From NCBI GenBank assembly GCA_965603825.1, contig CBFDEM010000009.1, positions 372,001 to 436,000 of the forward strand: a stretch of DNA of 64,000 nt. The letters run 5' to 3'. Below, in pieces: positions 62,168-64,000 of this stretch (positions are counted from its first letter, which is position 1; the number at the start of each line of letters is the position of its first letter). The DNA is from Blepharisma stoltei ATCC 30299. Lineage: Eukaryota; Protista; Ciliophora. The notes below the pieces were generated by a model. The model was not told where the DNA came from, did not search any database, and worked only from the letters and a program-made list of their open reading frames with translations. Made by a program: the position numbers and the translations under genes.

Positions 62168-64000
62168 TTAAAGTTTGGTATATTTTTTAATTTTAGATAA
62201 AGCAACGTTTCTGCCTGTAAAATACTGATATTGATAATAAGCTTGATATACAAACATTGTGAGGGCACTTATTCTTAATGAGCCAGCAATTGTAGCTTGT
62301 CTTGATATGTAGGTTTCTGGAGGAAAATAGGCAGCTTCTAAAATAACTGTGGCTGGATTTAGCCAGGGGAGGTCAACTTCTGCGATTCCTGGCAGCGTAC
62401 TTATGATTAGCTCAGCGCCACTTGCCAAATTTAAATTTGTAGTTTTATTAGGCCAGTTTATGCCTTGTAGCCTTGCTTCTGATCTATTCCATATCCATAT
62501 TTCTCTAACTTTCAGCTTCCTTAATGCATATAATGCTGCTTTGCAAGTCCCTCCAGCTCCTAAAATCACAGCTTTCTCAAATTTTCTACCCAGCTCGACA
62601 ATTGGACAATAAATTCCAAGCCAATCAGTATTATCCCCTATCAGTTTTCCATTATGCTTCATTAGCGTATTAACAGCTCCTAATTCTTTTGCATCATCAG
62701 TCAAAAAATCTAAATACTGCATTATTTCTTCTTTAAATGGAATAGTGACTGAGCCTCCTAAGCACTCTCTGCTTTTTATCATATGAATAATTGGCTCTAA
62801 TGCCTGGGTTTCCATAACTGAGTAATTATAAGGAATTTTTTTTTCTTCAAAAATCGAATTAAATAGAAAAGGGCTTGGCGATTTTTTTACATCATTTCCA
62901 ATTACGTAAAATTTAAATAGACTAGGAGAAATATTAAGCGAAAATTGAAAATTTTGGATTTCTTCAAATGTAAGCTGACCTTCTGCAAGTTTTTCGGATA
63001 ATGATACATAATTGGTAGAGGCGTTTTGGACTCTGGTGATGATATTTTCTTTTCCCATTGTAAAATGGATTGTTCTTTGGAAGCCTGGGGAGGGGAGTTT
63101 TTCAAAGCTTGGGGAGATGAATTTGAGGATGTCTGGTTTGGTTTGGGTCATCATATAGTGGATTTCTTTTAAGTTTTCTGTATTATGGCTATGATAAGAA
63201 AGGATTATTCGAGGGGATATGCATTTTTGTAGGAATTCATTATAATTGTGTTTTCAATCTATAGTTGGGGCGAATTCTACGTCAATAAAGTCTGGGGACC
63301 ATGATATAATTTTATGAAGAATTTTCCAATAGTCGTTTCCATTATATTTTCCACCTTGCTGGGCTGTCCTTAAGGTTAGGATAATTTGGAGAGAGTCTGA
63401 TATTTCTCTGATGCAGCTTAATAGCTGTAAAGCTTCTTTTAAGCTAGATAAACAGTCAATGCGTATCTCATAGCCTGCTATATTGCTATTATTTCTGATA
63501 TATTCAGAAAGCTTACCATTGCTAAAGCTTGATATGCAGCCAAAGTAGCTAAAATCATTAGGAAGTGGGGCTTTTTCTTCTAAAATTCTTTTGGTGAATG
63601 TTAAAAATGACCCAAAAACCTCGTCTATGTCCCTAAAAAAATAATAGAATTTAAAGTCATGGACTTGCTTGTATAATGGTTTCCTAAATGCATAAGTTTC
63701 TTCTATATCTCCTGAAATTCTATTTAGATTTTCGTCGTTTTCTATATTTTCAGCGATATTGCTGATGCTTGATTTCATTCATATAACAGGATAAAAAGCT
63801 TTTAAAAGGGTTAAAGATTTAGGATTCTCAATAATCCCACCTCCAGTAGAAATGATGACTCTTTCTTTTCTGATGATTTTACTTAAAGTGGCAAATTCTA
63901 GCTCTCTGAATGCTAGAATTCCATGATTATAAATCCAGTCCCTTAGGCTTTCAACTTTCAAATCATTTGCAATAATTGTATCAATATCAAGGAATTCCCA
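62168..64000 (-). CDS. ARO1: AROM-type multifunctional shikimate-pathway enzyme, 3' part (shikimate kinase, type I dehydroquinase, shikimate dehydrogenase)
   Basis: FLDID, FRELE, STGGG; LTLRTAQQGG, IILSYH, DILK; SVTIPFK, GAVNT, GDNTDWLG, LGAGGT. One frame with TGA=W, open at the window edge. Confidence 0.9.

Overview
AT-rich, gene-dense eukaryotic DNA, most consistent with the somatic (macronuclear) genome of a Blepharisma-like heterotrich ciliate. Two features visible in the sequence support this. (1) TGA is read as Trp: it falls on invariant Trp positions in PP2C, ABCC, cathepsin, PI4K, MORN and AlkB proteins, while TAA/TAG terminate genes. (2) There are tiny 15-17 nt GT-AG introns with an invariant A six bases from the 3' end. 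Re-reading the fragmented ORF track with these rules gives about 37 genes. They include an ABCC transporter, PP2C, an S10 carboxypeptidase, a TBC/EF-hand protein, PI4K-beta, DNAAF3, snurportin-1, a Piwi, DEAD-box helicases, a lipase, a MORN protein and the 3' part of an AROM-type shikimate enzyme. There is also a tandem array of five papain-family genes (three lack the catalytic Cys) plus remnants. The best candidate for an undescribed system is a 1082-aa protein, visible only when TGA=Trp, that joins an ARID DNA-binding domain to an intact ALKBH5-like dioxygenase (a possible chromatin-targeted N6-methyladenine eraser). It lies directly downstream of a DUF3050/truncated-globin-like fusion gene and a local tandem duplication carrying a 474-bp inserted gene fragment. 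All family assignments are from motif recognition by eye; no searches were run.
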